From the IMG/VR virus record IMGVR_UViG_3300025151_000050, positions 1 to 52,037 of that record: a stretch of DNA of 52,037 nucleotides; one strand, given 5' to 3'. The stretch's first letter is position 1. Every line of letters starts with the position of its first letter. The stretch comes from a virus (Duplodnaviria; Caudoviricetes). A program made the position numbers and the translations under genes. Shown here in pieces: positions 1 to 9,380 of the stretch. The notes under the pieces are model-generated. The model had not been told where the DNA came from. It searched no databases and was given only the letters and a program-made list of their open reading frames with translations.

Positions 1-2
1 AT

Positions 3-119
3 GGTGTATTATCAGAATTAGTAGCACTAGGTTCAGGCGTTGCATATCCAAACTTTAGTGTATTAACCAAGTCTGAAGCTCAGACATTAGCAAATAGTTC
101 AACATTTACAGGAGAATAA
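3..119 (+). CDS. 3' end of a truncated gene (...LTKSEAQTLANSSTFTGE), probably a small virion-associated protein
   Basis: Open frame from the window edge to TAA at 117-119. Its end carries the AGGAG RBS of the lysozyme gene. Confidence 0.6.
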   Translation, partial: GVLSELVALGSGVAYPNFSVLTKSEAQTLANSSTFTGE

Positions 120-120
120 G

Positions 121-543
121 ATGGTAAATAAGTTATCTGATGAATTAAGAGAAGCAGTAAAGTTATCTGAAGGATATAGAACTAGAGTCTACAAAGATAC
201 TTTAGGTATAGATACTATTGGCTATGGCTTTGCAATTAAAGATTTAGAACTAGATAAAGATATATGTGATATGATATTAGATAAAAAATTAAACAAGTTG
301 ATTAAAGATGTAGATAATAAGTTTTCATTTATGGATGACATTGCTGTAGAAGCACAAGATGTAGTTTATGAAATGTGTTATCAGCTTGGCATAAATGGAT
401 TTTCAAAATTTAAAAAGACTATTGCTTATTTAAGAGATGAGAATTATAAAATGGCAGCAATAGAAATGCTTGATTCTAGGTGGGCAAAACAAACACCTAA
501 TAGAGCAAAGCGTTTAAGTAATATTATTAAGGATTTAGCATGA
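121..543 (+). CDS. T4-type (GH24) lysozyme / endolysin
   Basis: EGYRTRVYKDTLGIDTIGYG has the E-x8-D-x5-T catalytic triad. SRWAKQTPNRAKR matches the T4 lysozyme C-terminal motif. AGGAG RBS upstream. Confidence 0.95.
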   Translation: MVNKLSDELREAVKLSEGYRTRVYKDTLGIDTIGYGFAIKDLELDKDICDMILDKKLNKLIKDVDNKFSFMDDIAVEAQDVVYEMCYQLGINGFSKFKKTIAYLRDENYKMAAIEMLDSRWAKQTPNRAKRLSNIIKDLA

Positions 544-689
544 TTGACAGCCTTAAAACACTATCTGTAAGCACAAGTGGCATGGTAGTTACATGGATGG
601 AATGGTTACCTGTGTTAGTTAGGATAGGAGTTGGAATAGCAACTATAATATACATAGGAGTTAAGACCTATAAAGAATACAAAAAATAA
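540..689 (+). CDS. 49-aa membrane protein, holin candidate (MIDSLKTLSV...IGVGIATIIYIGVKTYKEYKK)
   Basis: Not in the ORF track. ATGA overlap with the lysozyme stop, hydrophobic segment(s) followed by a basic tail. Confidence 0.65.
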   Translation: MIDSLKTLSVSTSGMVVTWMEWLPVLVRIGVGIATIIYIGVKTYKEYKK

Positions 690-699
690 AAACGTAGAA

Positions 700-1458
700 G
701 TGCTTAAACGGGCAATAGTAACTCCCGATAAGCATTTTCCTTTACATGACCCTGAAGCAATTAGTTGTGTAAATCAAGCGATAGAAATAGTTAAACCTGA
801 TATCTATATAGATTTAGGTGATACAGGAGAATGGTCTTACTTTAGCACACATTACTGGAAAGGTAAGTTTGCGAAACCAATGGAAGATTTAATTCCACTA
901 TTGGACCAAGATGTAGCTGAAGTCAATGCTGGTATGGATTGGATTGATGCCTCTTTGGACAAAATAGGCTGTAAAGAGCGACATTTTATTCAAGGTAACC
1001 ATGAGGTATGGTTAGACAAATTCGTTACTAGATACCCGTATTTAGGCCATTATGAGACATCAAAGGCATTAAAGCTAAAAGAAAGAGGATATAAATATCA
1101 TCCTTATAATAAGAAAAAGAATTTAAAGATAGGTAAAATAAACTTTACACATGGAAAATATGTACCCAAATATCATGCTTATAAACATCTTGACCATTAT
1201 GGTGAGAATATTATGTATGGACACACGCATGACCTGCAAAGGTTTACAAAAACTTTTAATGGAGGTACTATAAGCTCGTGGAGTTTAGGTTGCTTAAAAG
1301 ATATAGAAGCTGATGAAGATTGGTTGGGTGGTAAGTTGACAAATTGGAATCATGCATTTGCAATAATAGATTTCTTTAAAGGTGGTAATTTTAAAGTAGA
1401 AGTAGTAGAAATTATAAAAGGAGTTACTACAGTATGGGGAAATTTAATTAAAGGATGA
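700..1458 (+). CDS. Calcineurin-like metallophosphoesterase
   Basis: Motifs DKH, LGD, GNHE, THG and GHTH in canonical order. GTG start. Confidence 0.9.
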   Translation: MLKRAIVTPDKHFPLHDPEAISCVNQAIEIVKPDIYIDLGDTGEWSYFSTHYWKGKFAKPMEDLIPLLDQDVAEVNAGMDWIDASLDKIGCKERHFIQGNHEVWLDKFVTRYPYLGHYETSKALKLKERGYKYHPYNKKKNLKIGKINFTHGKYVPKYHAYKHLDHYGENIMYGHTHDLQRFTKTFNGGTISSWSLGCLKDIEADEDWLGGKLTNWNHAFAIIDFFKGGNFKVEVVEIIKGVTTVWGNLIKG

Positions 1459-1619
1459 TACAAGTAGTATTAGGTAATTTATTAGGCAAGTTTATTGCAA
1501 AGAAAGGTGGAATACATGTTCTGCTTTTTGTTGGAGATTTGATAGTAAAGACAACAAAGTCAAAAAAAGATGATGAGCTTTGGAAAAAAATAAAGCCTAT
1601 TATCAAGAAATATAAATAA
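1455..1619 (+). CDS. 54-aa amphipathic/basic protein (MIQVVLGNLL...TKSKKDDELWKKIKPIIKKYK)
   Basis: Not in the ORF track. ATGA overlap with the upstream stop, and it fills the gap to the next RBS. Confidence 0.65.
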   Translation: MIQVVLGNLLGKFIAKKGGIHVLLFVGDLIVKTTKSKKDDELWKKIKPIIKKYK

Positions 1620-1630
1620 GGAGGTATGCT

Positions 1631-1765
1631 ATGCCATACGGTAAAGGAACATACGGAAGTAAAAAGGGTAGGCCATCAAAAAAAGCTAAGGCAGCTGCTA
1701 GAAAAAAAATGTCTCCAGCTAAAAGAAAAGTGATGAAGTCTAAATCTAAAAGAAAGAAGAAGTAA
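1631..1765 (+). CDS. 44-aa Lys/Arg-rich protamine-like peptide (MPYGKGTYGSKKGRPSKKAK...KRKKK)
   Basis: Not in the ORF track. Strong AAGGAGGT RBS. 20 of 44 residues are K/R and none is acidic. Confidence 0.8.
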   Translation: MPYGKGTYGSKKGRPSKKAKAAARKKMSPAKRKVMKSKSKRKKK

Positions 1766-1932
1766 TGTCTTTATATAAAAATATTAACAAACGTAAAAAA
1801 GCAGGAACAAGTCGTTCTAAAAAGAAGTCTACAATTTCTGCTAAAAACTATAGGGAGATGAAAAAAGGATTTCCTAATAGTAAAAAGAATAAAGCTAAAC
1901 GTAAGCGTAAAGCAACCAAAAAACGGAGGTAG
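1765..1932 (+). CDS. 55-aa Lys/Arg-rich peptide (MSLYKNINKRKKAGTSRSKKK...KRKRKATKKRR)
   Basis: Not in the ORF track. TAATG coupling to the previous ORF, and it ends in the GGAGG RBS of the next gene. Confidence 0.8.
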   Translation: MSLYKNINKRKKAGTSRSKKKSTISAKNYREMKKGFPNSKKNKAKRKRKATKKRR

Positions 1933-1933
1933 T

Positions 1934-2212
1934 ATGTTAGATTTTTTAGTAAGTAATTCAACGTTAATAGGTGGTGTTGGAGGAGGTGGTGTAGTATTAT
2001 ACATCCTTAAAAAGATACCTAATGAAAGTATATGTAGCGTAATAGAAACAACATTTAAAAGCTTAGGTAGATGCATGACACTAGGACTTGGTAAATGGAA
2101 GTTTTCTAAAGGTGTTTGGAATAGTCAAATAGAGCCATGGTTTATTGACTTAATTGACAATATTTTTGGTAGTATTGTTAGAGGTTTTATTAAAGGATTA
2201 CGAAGCGACTGA
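1934..2212 (+). CDS. Small protein with N-terminal hydrophobic/Gly-rich segment, possibly lysis-related
   Basis: GGAGG RBS, hydrophobic N-terminus, located in the lysis cluster. Confidence 0.65.
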   Translation: MLDFLVSNSTLIGGVGGGGVVLYILKKIPNESICSVIETTFKSLGRCMTLGLGKWKFSKGVWNSQIEPWFIDLIDNIFGSIVRGFIKGLRSD

Positions 2213-2250
2213 GCTTAAATTAAGTTTGCTTTTAGTTAAAAGTTGAAATA

Positions 2251-5235
2251 GTGCCAAGAGAAATTAAAAATATCAATAAATTTAATGGGGGTCTGAATAA
2301 TGCTTCGGACCCCAGTGACATTGAAGACAATCAAGTTGCTAATGTTAAAGGATTTGATTTTAGCAAGAATGGAAAAATTAGACCTATGGGCAGGTGTGAA
2401 GTTGATGAATCTTTACATAGCGTATATGGTAGCATTAGTCCAGGCTATGGATTAAATATATTTCGTTCATCTTATGGATTTCAACCATCTGAAGCTGGAG
2501 GTTTAAATTTAAGTCAACAAATAACTGCTCAAGGTACAACAGGTTCAAAAGCATCTTTTTATATAATGTTTGGAGATTACAATCATAATTTAGCTGATAT
2601 TGCTGATGGCTCTGGTGATAATAGTGGAAATTATGATAGTGATATATATTTTACATTAACTGTAGATGGCAGCACTATTATTGCTGAAGATAATCCTGTA
2701 GATGGCGGGTTATCTGCAGGTCAGTTTCCAGTTTATGATAGAAGTGACCAAAATCCAGATTATTATGATTTGCATAATACAGGATTTAATCAATCAACTG
2801 TAGATGCAGGTGTAGCAACATTATGTGATAATCTTATTACATCTATAAATGCAGGTACTGGTAGCCATGGATGGGTAGCTAGTGAATATGCTAGTAATCC
2901 TAGAGGAGTATTTATTGAAAAAAATGTTACAGGTGCAGCATATAATGACCAAGTAATATTTACATGGTATGGGTGGCCTACATTAGTAAACAGTATTAGT
3001 ATATTTCCTGGACCTGGCAATGTTGTAGAAACAGGGACTACTCCTAATTCTACAAAAACCTTTTCAGCAGCAGGTGGTACTGACGATGTAGCTGAGGTGC
3101 ATAAAATTAAGTTTTCAGGTACTCCAGTTGCAGGTGAAAAAGTCTATGTAAAAATAGAAGGTCAAGGTGGCGGGGCATTTTCTCATACTGTATCTCATAC
3201 TGTTACTGGCGGACAAACTGCTGAAAATGTAAGAGATTCAATTGATTCTTTATTAGATACTGCAGTTTCTGGAGGTAATCCTTTAAATGGAAAAGTAACT
3301 ATTTCTGAAAGTGATACAGGTGGATATTTTTCAATAATAACATCTGCTACTACAGGGGCTGGTGGAGCTTTGCAAATATCATCTTGGACATCTGATGGCA
3401 TAATGTCTAATGAAGATGTAGAAATATTATCTTTAGTAGATAAATATGGCACTTTAAAAGTACATGATAAAACAAATTCAACTCCATGGTCAAGTTCATT
3501 TAGTGATATAGGATGGGGAAGTGATTTTTGCAAACCTATTATGTTTACTGAAAATAGCTTATTAAGAATAGTTGATTCTAATTATTCTGGAATATTTACA
3601 GATGATACTGTAGATACTGACCATAGTGCAGGTAGTGGTGACAATTTTGGAGGTAACCCTAAAATATTAAGAATGGACAGTACAAGAAATTTAGCTGTAG
3701 GTATGGGTGTTAGTGGTACAGGTGTTGCTGCTGGCTCAGTTATTACTCAAATTGATTCAAATACATTATTTAGAGTTGATTTAAATACTACAGCTACAAA
3801 TAATAATCAATTAATGACATTTACATTTGATAATGCTAATAGAATAGTAGGTCCTATATATAAACCTTATTTATTTAATAGTCAAAAAACTATAAATGAA
3901 TTTTGTAATGAAGAAAACAAAATAGCTTCTCCAAATGCATCTACTCTTGTACGAAGATGCGATAATTCTTTGGATGGAGTTATAAATGATGGCACTATGG
4001 AGCTTAAAATAGTTGCTAGTGGCGTTTCAGATAGTGGTAATTGGGATGGGACATATAAATTTTATGCTAGCTGTGTATATGATGACGGGCAAGAGTCATT
4101 GCCTGATTTTGTATTTCATCATGATGGCTCTTCTACTGAAACATTAACTATTTCTGAAAAATCATTATTAGTTACTATTCAATGTGACCATGGAGCTAAT
4201 TACGCATTTCCTTTAAGACAAACAGGATTTAGAATTTACTGGAGTCAAGATTCAGATGGTTATGGAGAAAAGAATTTATTAGGTACTATAGATTTTAGAG
4301 AAGGATTTATACGTTCTGATGGCGGAGCTACTATAGGATGGAGAGATGAAACTAGTGGAAGTCCTGAAGTTGTAATAGCATCTACAGGTTCTAGTGGAGA
4401 GCAGATAGAAATAGAAACTCCTCCAGAAATAGAAACATTTGAATTAATAAATGGATATTCGCACAAAAATACTACTCTTACTGCAAGATATAAAACTATT
4501 GCATTTGGAGGAAGACGTGCATTTATAGGTAACGTTAGATATGGAACTAACAATAATGAAATAATTTATGCAGATAGAATTATAGTATCTCCTCCTAATC
4601 AAGTAGATGTATTTCCTGCTCCATATAATGTTATACAAACAAGTGTAACTGATGGAGATTCTATAGTTAAATTAGAAACATTTGAAGACCATTTATTAGA
4701 ATATAAAAGAAACTCATTATATATACATAACATTGCATCAGGAGACCCTGGAACTTTCTTTTTAGCTAGAAATATAAAGTTTTTAGGGATATCAAGTCCT
4801 AATGCTGTAGTTAAAACACCACATGGATTGTTTTGGGTAAATTACTTAGGTGCATATTTGTTTGATGGTAATCCTGAAGATGTAAAATATTTAGCTTATT
4901 TTGGAGATTCAGATAATAGTTCAGAAAGAATATCACAAGACACATTTACTACTTATGGAGCAAATAGTACAGGCGTGATGTGTGGATACGACCCTTCTTC
5001 TGATACAGTTATTATTAAAAAAACATGTGAAGCTACAACTACTAGTGGCATTGTTATGACATATAGTTTTAAAAATGATACATTTTCTTTGTCAGATAGC
5101 TCTGCAGGTACAGGGTTATTTGTAGATAATAAAGCAACTACTAACTTTGCAAATACTACCGCTGGTGAATTAATTTTAGGCGTAGATACTCCTGGAGGTA
5201 TTCCAGATGGTGATGATGGAGGCTCTCCAAAATAA
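2251..5235 (+). CDS. Tail nozzle / tubular protein B-like (P22 gp10 / T7 gp12 class) with inserted beta-rich domains
   Basis: N-terminal FNGGLNN..D..DI motif and C-terminal propeller-like repeats (RRAFIGNV, GDSIVKL, GLFWVNYLGAYLFDG, GYDP). Lies before the fibre and ejection genes. Confidence 0.7.
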   Translation: MPREIKNINKFNGGLNNASDPSDIEDNQVANVKGFDFSKNGKIRPMGRCEVDESLHSVYGSISPGYGLNIFRSSYGFQPSEAGGLNLSQQITAQGTTGSKASFYIMFGDYNHNLADIADGSGDNSGNYDSDIYFTLTVDGSTIIAEDNPVDGGLSAGQFPVYDRSDQNPDYYDLHNTGFNQSTVDAGVATLCDNLITSINAGTGSHGWVASEYASNPRGVFIEKNVTGAAYNDQVIFTWYGWPTLVNSISIFPGPGNVVETGTTPNSTKTFSAAGGTDDVAEVHKIKFSGTPVAGEKVYVKIEGQGGGAFSHTVSHTVTGGQTAENVRDSIDSLLDTAVSGGNPLNGKVTISESDTGGYFSIITSATTGAGGALQISSWTSDGIMSNEDVEILSLVDKYGTLKVHDKTNSTPWSSSFSDIGWGSDFCKPIMFTENSLLRIVDSNYSGIFTDDTVDTDHSAGSGDNFGGNPKILRMDSTRNLAVGMGVSGTGVAAGSVITQIDSNTLFRVDLNTTATNNNQLMTFTFDNANRIVGPIYKPYLFNSQKTINEFCNEENKIASPNASTLVRRCDNSLDGVINDGTMELKIVASGVSDSGNWDGTYKFYASCVYDDGQESLPDFVFHHDGSSTETLTISEKSLLVTIQCDHGANYAFPLRQTGFRIYWSQDSDGYGEKNLLGTIDFREGFIRSDGGATIGWRDETSGSPEVVIASTGSSGEQIEIETPPEIETFELINGYSHKNTTLTARYKTIAFGGRRAFIGNVRYGTNNNEIIYADRIIVSPPNQVDVFPAPYNVIQTSVTDGDSIVKLETFEDHLLEYKRNSLYIHNIASGDPGTFFLARNIKFLGISSPNAVVKTPHGLFWVNYLGAYLFDGNPEDVKYLAYFGDSDNSSERISQDTFTTYGANSTGVMCGYDPSSDTVIIKKTCEATTTSGIVMTYSFKNDTFSLSDSSAGTGLFVDNKATTNFANTTAGELILGVDTPGGIPDGDDGGSPK

Positions 5236-5648
5236 TGGCTGATGTAATATCATTTAAAAAATGGAACAATACTCCCTACTCTACAAATGGGGAAAAATCA
5301 TTTGAAACTAAATATCATTCTTTAGACTCTTCTAGTAATAAAGCAGTAGTCATGAAATTTGTTGTGAATCTATTAGCCTCTGCTGCAAGCAATGGAACTG
5401 TATTAGTTTACTATAGAACAAATACAGAAGGCTCTTATATATTATATGGAATTGGAGAAATTGCATATAATGCTAGTGCATCTGGTACTGAAGTGGTTAT
5501 AAGCAGTCATACTTCAGCTCCTATACAAAATGCTCCAGGTGTTCAATTTAAAATTACATTACAATCTACTAATGATGTGTCAATAAATAGTTATCATTTT
5601 ATGTATAGAAATAAAAGAAATTATTCTACTACGGATGTTGAGTCTTGA
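5235..5648 (+). CDS. Beta-sandwich tail protein, probably the detached C-terminal domain of the nozzle
   Basis: TAATG coupling. The SFETK...K...VQFKI...SINSYHFMYRNK pattern resembles nozzle C-termini. Confidence 0.5.
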   Translation: MADVISFKKWNNTPYSTNGEKSFETKYHSLDSSSNKAVVMKFVVNLLASAASNGTVLVYYRTNTEGSYILYGIGEIAYNASASGTEVVISSHTSAPIQNAPGVQFKITLQSTNDVSINSYHFMYRNKRNYSTTDVES

Positions 5649-8119
5649 AACTAGATAAAAGATTATTAATGAAGCAAGAAAAGATACCTCAGGTAAAAGT
5701 GGGGTATCCTTCTCCTAAGGAAGGCTCTGAGGGAGATATGCAAATAAGAGCAGTTCCTAATAAGGGACTTTTTTTATTTTATAAATATGGTAATAATTGG
5801 TATGGCTCTAGAATGGAGAAATCTTCTGATATAAAGAATCCTAGGGATGATAGAAGAGTAGTTGTACAATCAGGAGCTAGTAAGAAAACAGGAGAAATAT
5901 CACGCTCTGGCAATACTTTTAAAGGTAGAATAGCAGATGGAACAGATAAAGAATTGTATAGAGCAGGCGGCACTGATATACCCGTAGCAGATGGTGGAAC
6001 GGGAGCGTCTACAGAAGATGGAGCATTAGATAATTTAGGTGGTACGACTGTTGGTAAAAATGTATTTAAAGCTGCATCAAAATCAGCGGCACGTTCTGCT
6101 ATTAGTGTGGATGAAGCAGGTACAGATAATTCCACTCCTGTAACTTTTGCAGCTGGGGCTAAAGATTATTTATCGCTATCTGGTCAAGAAATTACTGTAG
6201 GCTTAGTTGATTTATCTGATAATGTTACTGGTTTACTTGCTAAGTCTTCAGTAAATACAGCTTCAACATGGGCTGATTCAGACATTCCTAATTTAAGTGC
6301 AAATAAAATTAATGCAGATAGTTTTCATTTAGATAGAATACCTACTATACCTAATACTAAACTTCAGAATGATAGTATTAGTTTAGGTGGTGTAAGTGTA
6401 GATTTGGGAAGTAGTAATGCAACACCTGCATTTGATTTGCAAAACTCTACTAATACAAATTTAGATAGTATAAAATCAGGAAGTCAAATATCAGCAGCTA
6501 ATATATCTGATGTTGAATCATTTAGCCAATCAGGAACATATTCTGGTTTAACAGCAGGAACTGTAACAACTAATGCTAATTTAACAGGAGATATAACTTC
6601 TAGTGGGAATGCTACAACTTACAATAATGCAGTTCCAGAAGCTAAGGGAGGAACAGGTGTAACATCTACAACTGCTGTAGGTAAAGCATTACTAGGAATA
6701 GCAGATGGTAGTGGAGAAAGATTTATTAAAATTAATGACGATGAAACTATTACTGTTAGAACAGATTCACAATTTAGGGGAGATATAGGAGCAGGTACAA
6801 GTAATTTTGACGGAGATTATGGTTCATTGTCAAACATCCCATCTACATTTGCACCTATTATTGGGGCTGCTTCTAATCAAGCTTTAGCAGGTAATACTAC
6901 TGTCACTAATTGGGATGGAGGGTCTACTGGACTAACTGCAGGTACAGGTAGAACTTCTTTAGGTTTAGGTACTGCTGCTACAAAAGATACAGGAACAGCT
7001 GCAGGCAATGTTATACTTGGTAACGATTCAAGGTTATCTGATGCTAGACAATGTAACAATACTTTTGTTGATACTTCTACAGCAAGAAGTAATCTAGGTG
7101 TAGACCCTGCGGGTACAGATAATTCTACACCTGTCACAATAGCATCAGGAAAAGATTACATATCACTATCAGGACAAGAACTAACTCTTGGCAACATAGA
7201 TTTAACAAGTGATGTTACAGGAACATTACCTATAGGCAATACAGAGGCTAAAGTTACAGAGGTTGATGGAAATACTGGAGCTGTTACTGCAGCTGAAATT
7301 AGAGCTACTGCTTTGACTGACGCTACTGCAGGTCAATTATCTGCATCTAAAGCTATTATTACAGATGCTAATAGTAGAATAGATGAAATAAAACCAGAAC
7401 TTATTACCGTAGGAACTGGTAGTGGCCAAGGTGTAATTAAATCAAATGGAAACCATAACATTTCTATTTCAACTGGAAATACTACTACTGGTGCTATTAG
7501 TATTGTAAATGGAGCTAATGGTGCTATTAATCTTGCTACTAATGGAACTGGCGTAATAAGAGTTGGAAGTGGAACTAATCCAGGGCATATTACAACTAAA
7601 AGTGGACACGATTTAAAATTAAGTACTAATGACGATACTAATAGTGGCACAATTACAATTACAGATGGAACTGATGGAGATATTACAATTGCTCCTCAAA
7701 GAAATGTAGTTGCTAATAAGCCAATAGGTTTTACACATTATGCTCTTTCTGATATAAGTGGTGATGCAGCAACTCTTGATTTTGATTTTGGTACTAATGG
7801 AAATAAAATTAGGGTAGCATTTACAGCAGCTTCTGCGACAATTAGTGAAGCTCGATTAGTATTTCCTACTAATATTTCAGGAAATTATACTGTAATAGTA
7901 AAAAATCATACTAGTGCAATAACTAAAAATGAAATTACTTTATGGACTTCTAGTTTTGGAACTGCAGGTACAGATAAAGTAAATGTAAAATGGCCAAATA
8001 ATACCATTCCTTCAGTTACTGAATCAGACCCTAGCAGAATAGATATATTTAGTTTTTATTGGGATTGTAATGATAAAATTGCATATGGCGTATCAACATT
8101 AAATTTCTATTCATCATAA
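5645..8119 (+). CDS. Tail fibre protein
   Basis: G/T/S/A-rich with P-x-x-x-GGTG repeats, ARSNLG/RTSLGLGTAAT fibre motifs, internal duplications, and a C-terminal VKWP...P..T....RIDIFSF domain. Confidence 0.85.
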   Translation: MKLDKRLLMKQEKIPQVKVGYPSPKEGSEGDMQIRAVPNKGLFLFYKYGNNWYGSRMEKSSDIKNPRDDRRVVVQSGASKKTGEISRSGNTFKGRIADGTDKELYRAGGTDIPVADGGTGASTEDGALDNLGGTTVGKNVFKAASKSAARSAISVDEAGTDNSTPVTFAAGAKDYLSLSGQEITVGLVDLSDNVTGLLAKSSVNTASTWADSDIPNLSANKINADSFHLDRIPTIPNTKLQNDSISLGGVSVDLGSSNATPAFDLQNSTNTNLDSIKSGSQISAANISDVESFSQSGTYSGLTAGTVTTNANLTGDITSSGNATTYNNAVPEAKGGTGVTSTTAVGKALLGIADGSGERFIKINDDETITVRTDSQFRGDIGAGTSNFDGDYGSLSNIPSTFAPIIGAASNQALAGNTTVTNWDGGSTGLTAGTGRTSLGLGTAATKDTGTAAGNVILGNDSRLSDARQCNNTFVDTSTARSNLGVDPAGTDNSTPVTIASGKDYISLSGQELTLGNIDLTSDVTGTLPIGNTEAKVTEVDGNTGAVTAAEIRATALTDATAGQLSASKAIITDANSRIDEIKPELITVGTGSGQGVIKSNGNHNISISTGNTTTGAISIVNGANGAINLATNGTGVIRVGSGTNPGHITTKSGHDLKLSTNDDTNSGTITITDGTDGDITIAPQRNVVANKPIGFTHYALSDISGDAATLDFDFGTNGNKIRVAFTAASATISEARLVFPTNISGNYTVIVKNHTSAITKNEITLWTSSFGTAGTDKVNVKWPNNTIPSVTESDPSRIDIFSFYWDCNDKIAYGVSTLNFYSS
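6110..7230 (+). repeat. Duplicated ~43-aa module in the tail fibre (about 6110-6240 and 7103-7230)
   Basis: DEAGTDNSTPVTFAAGAKDYLSLSGQEITVGLVDLSDNVTG versus DPAGTDNSTPVTIASGKDYISLSGQELTLGNIDLTSDVTG. Confidence 0.9.
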
Positions 8120-8670
8120 TGGCATTTAAAGATAACACATTAGAATTTAGTGACACTCAAATCTTTGATGTGCAATCAGGCATAGAAGTAATGATGTTTT
8201 GGGAAGTTCCTATAATGCAGAAAGCTGCAGAATACATATCACATAATAATGGAGATGTACTTGAAATAGGATTTGGCATGGGTATATGTGCTGATTATAT
8301 ACAAGAACAAGGTGTAAATAGCCATACAATAATTGAAATACATCCACAGATTTTAGAAAAGTTAAATGACTGGGCTAGTGGTAAGTCTAATGTAACAATA
8401 ATTGAGGGAGATTGGGCTAATTTAAGCCTTACAGATACATATGATGGCATCTTTCTAGATACATTTGGAGATGATAATTTAGATAGCTTTAAAACATTTG
8501 CATTAGAACGTATTAAATCAGGTGGTAAAATAACATACTGGAATAACGAACCTTCTGAAAATAATAAGTATGCATTCGATTCTATATCATATGAGCAAAT
8601 AAATGTAACTCCTGATGAAAATTTATACTTTGATGGTAATGTTTATTATATGCCAAAGGTAACAGTTTAA
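8119..8670 (+). CDS. Class I SAM-dependent methyltransferase, guanidinoacetate N-methyltransferase / Rmt2-like
   Basis: VMMFWEVPIM, VLEIGFGMG (motif I), HTIIEIH, EGDW and YDGIFLDTF follow the GAMT/Rmt2 motif series. Confidence 0.85.
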   Translation: MAFKDNTLEFSDTQIFDVQSGIEVMMFWEVPIMQKAAEYISHNNGDVLEIGFGMGICADYIQEQGVNSHTIIEIHPQILEKLNDWASGKSNVTIIEGDWANLSLTDTYDGIFLDTFGDDNLDSFKTFALERIKSGGKITYWNNEPSENNKYAFDSISYEQINVTPDENLYFDGNVYYMPKVTV

Positions 8671-9326
8671 TGCCTACTGAGTTAATATACTCTACTACAG
8701 GAGGAGATGGATATGTAGGTAAAGGCTCTAGTACATATGCAGGTGCAAGAGATGCAACTACAGGAAGTTTTGGAAGTAACACCTTGACTTCAAATGCATA
8801 TGGAATTAGGTCTACAGTAACTACTGCAAGAGGAACTACGTCATATATAATATCAAGGTCGTTTTTTTATTTTAATACATCTAGCATTACAACAGCTCCT
8901 GACTCTGGAGTTTTAAAAGTACGTGGAAGAACATTTGGAAATTCTGATGTTGCATGTGTTAAAGCAAGTCATGGAATAAGTTTAACAACTGCTGATTTTG
9001 ATGCAATACCAGGATGGCAAACAGGAGTAAATAATAATGGAAATGTAACTCATTATGCGAGTGTATTAACATCATGGAATACTAGTGGATTTAATTCATT
9101 TACTTTAAATAGCGATGCATTAGTAGATATTAGGTCAAACAATACATTGCAAGTTTGTTTATTAGATTTTCCAAATGATTTAAGAAATACTGCACCAACA
9201 TCAGGTTCTAATATTAGTGGTGTATATTATGCAGATTATGGAGATACTGCTTACTGGCCACATTTAAACTTAACAATGCCAGATGATGTGTCGACAAATG
9301 CTATATTTTTTGGAGCAAATTTTTAG
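8670..9326 (+). CDS. Beta-rich virion/tail-associated protein
   Basis: TAATG coupling, T/S/G-rich, with an RSFFYFNTSSI motif of the kind seen in carbohydrate-binding-like beta-sandwiches. Confidence 0.55.
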   Translation: MPTELIYSTTGGDGYVGKGSSTYAGARDATTGSFGSNTLTSNAYGIRSTVTTARGTTSYIISRSFFYFNTSSITTAPDSGVLKVRGRTFGNSDVACVKASHGISLTTADFDAIPGWQTGVNNNGNVTHYASVLTSWNTSGFNSFTLNSDALVDIRSNNTLQVCLLDFPNDLRNTAPTSGSNISGVYYADYGDTAYWPHLNLTMPDDVSTNAIFFGANF

Positions 9327-9380
9327 TATGAATATTTTAAGACTTTTATTACATTACATTGATAAAAAGGAGTTGATTTT

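Noticed and set aside
8119-8670. DNA methyltransferase interpretation of the tail-module methylase
   Set aside because: No DPPY/NPPY or PC catalytic motif. The motifs match the GAMT/Rmt2 class.
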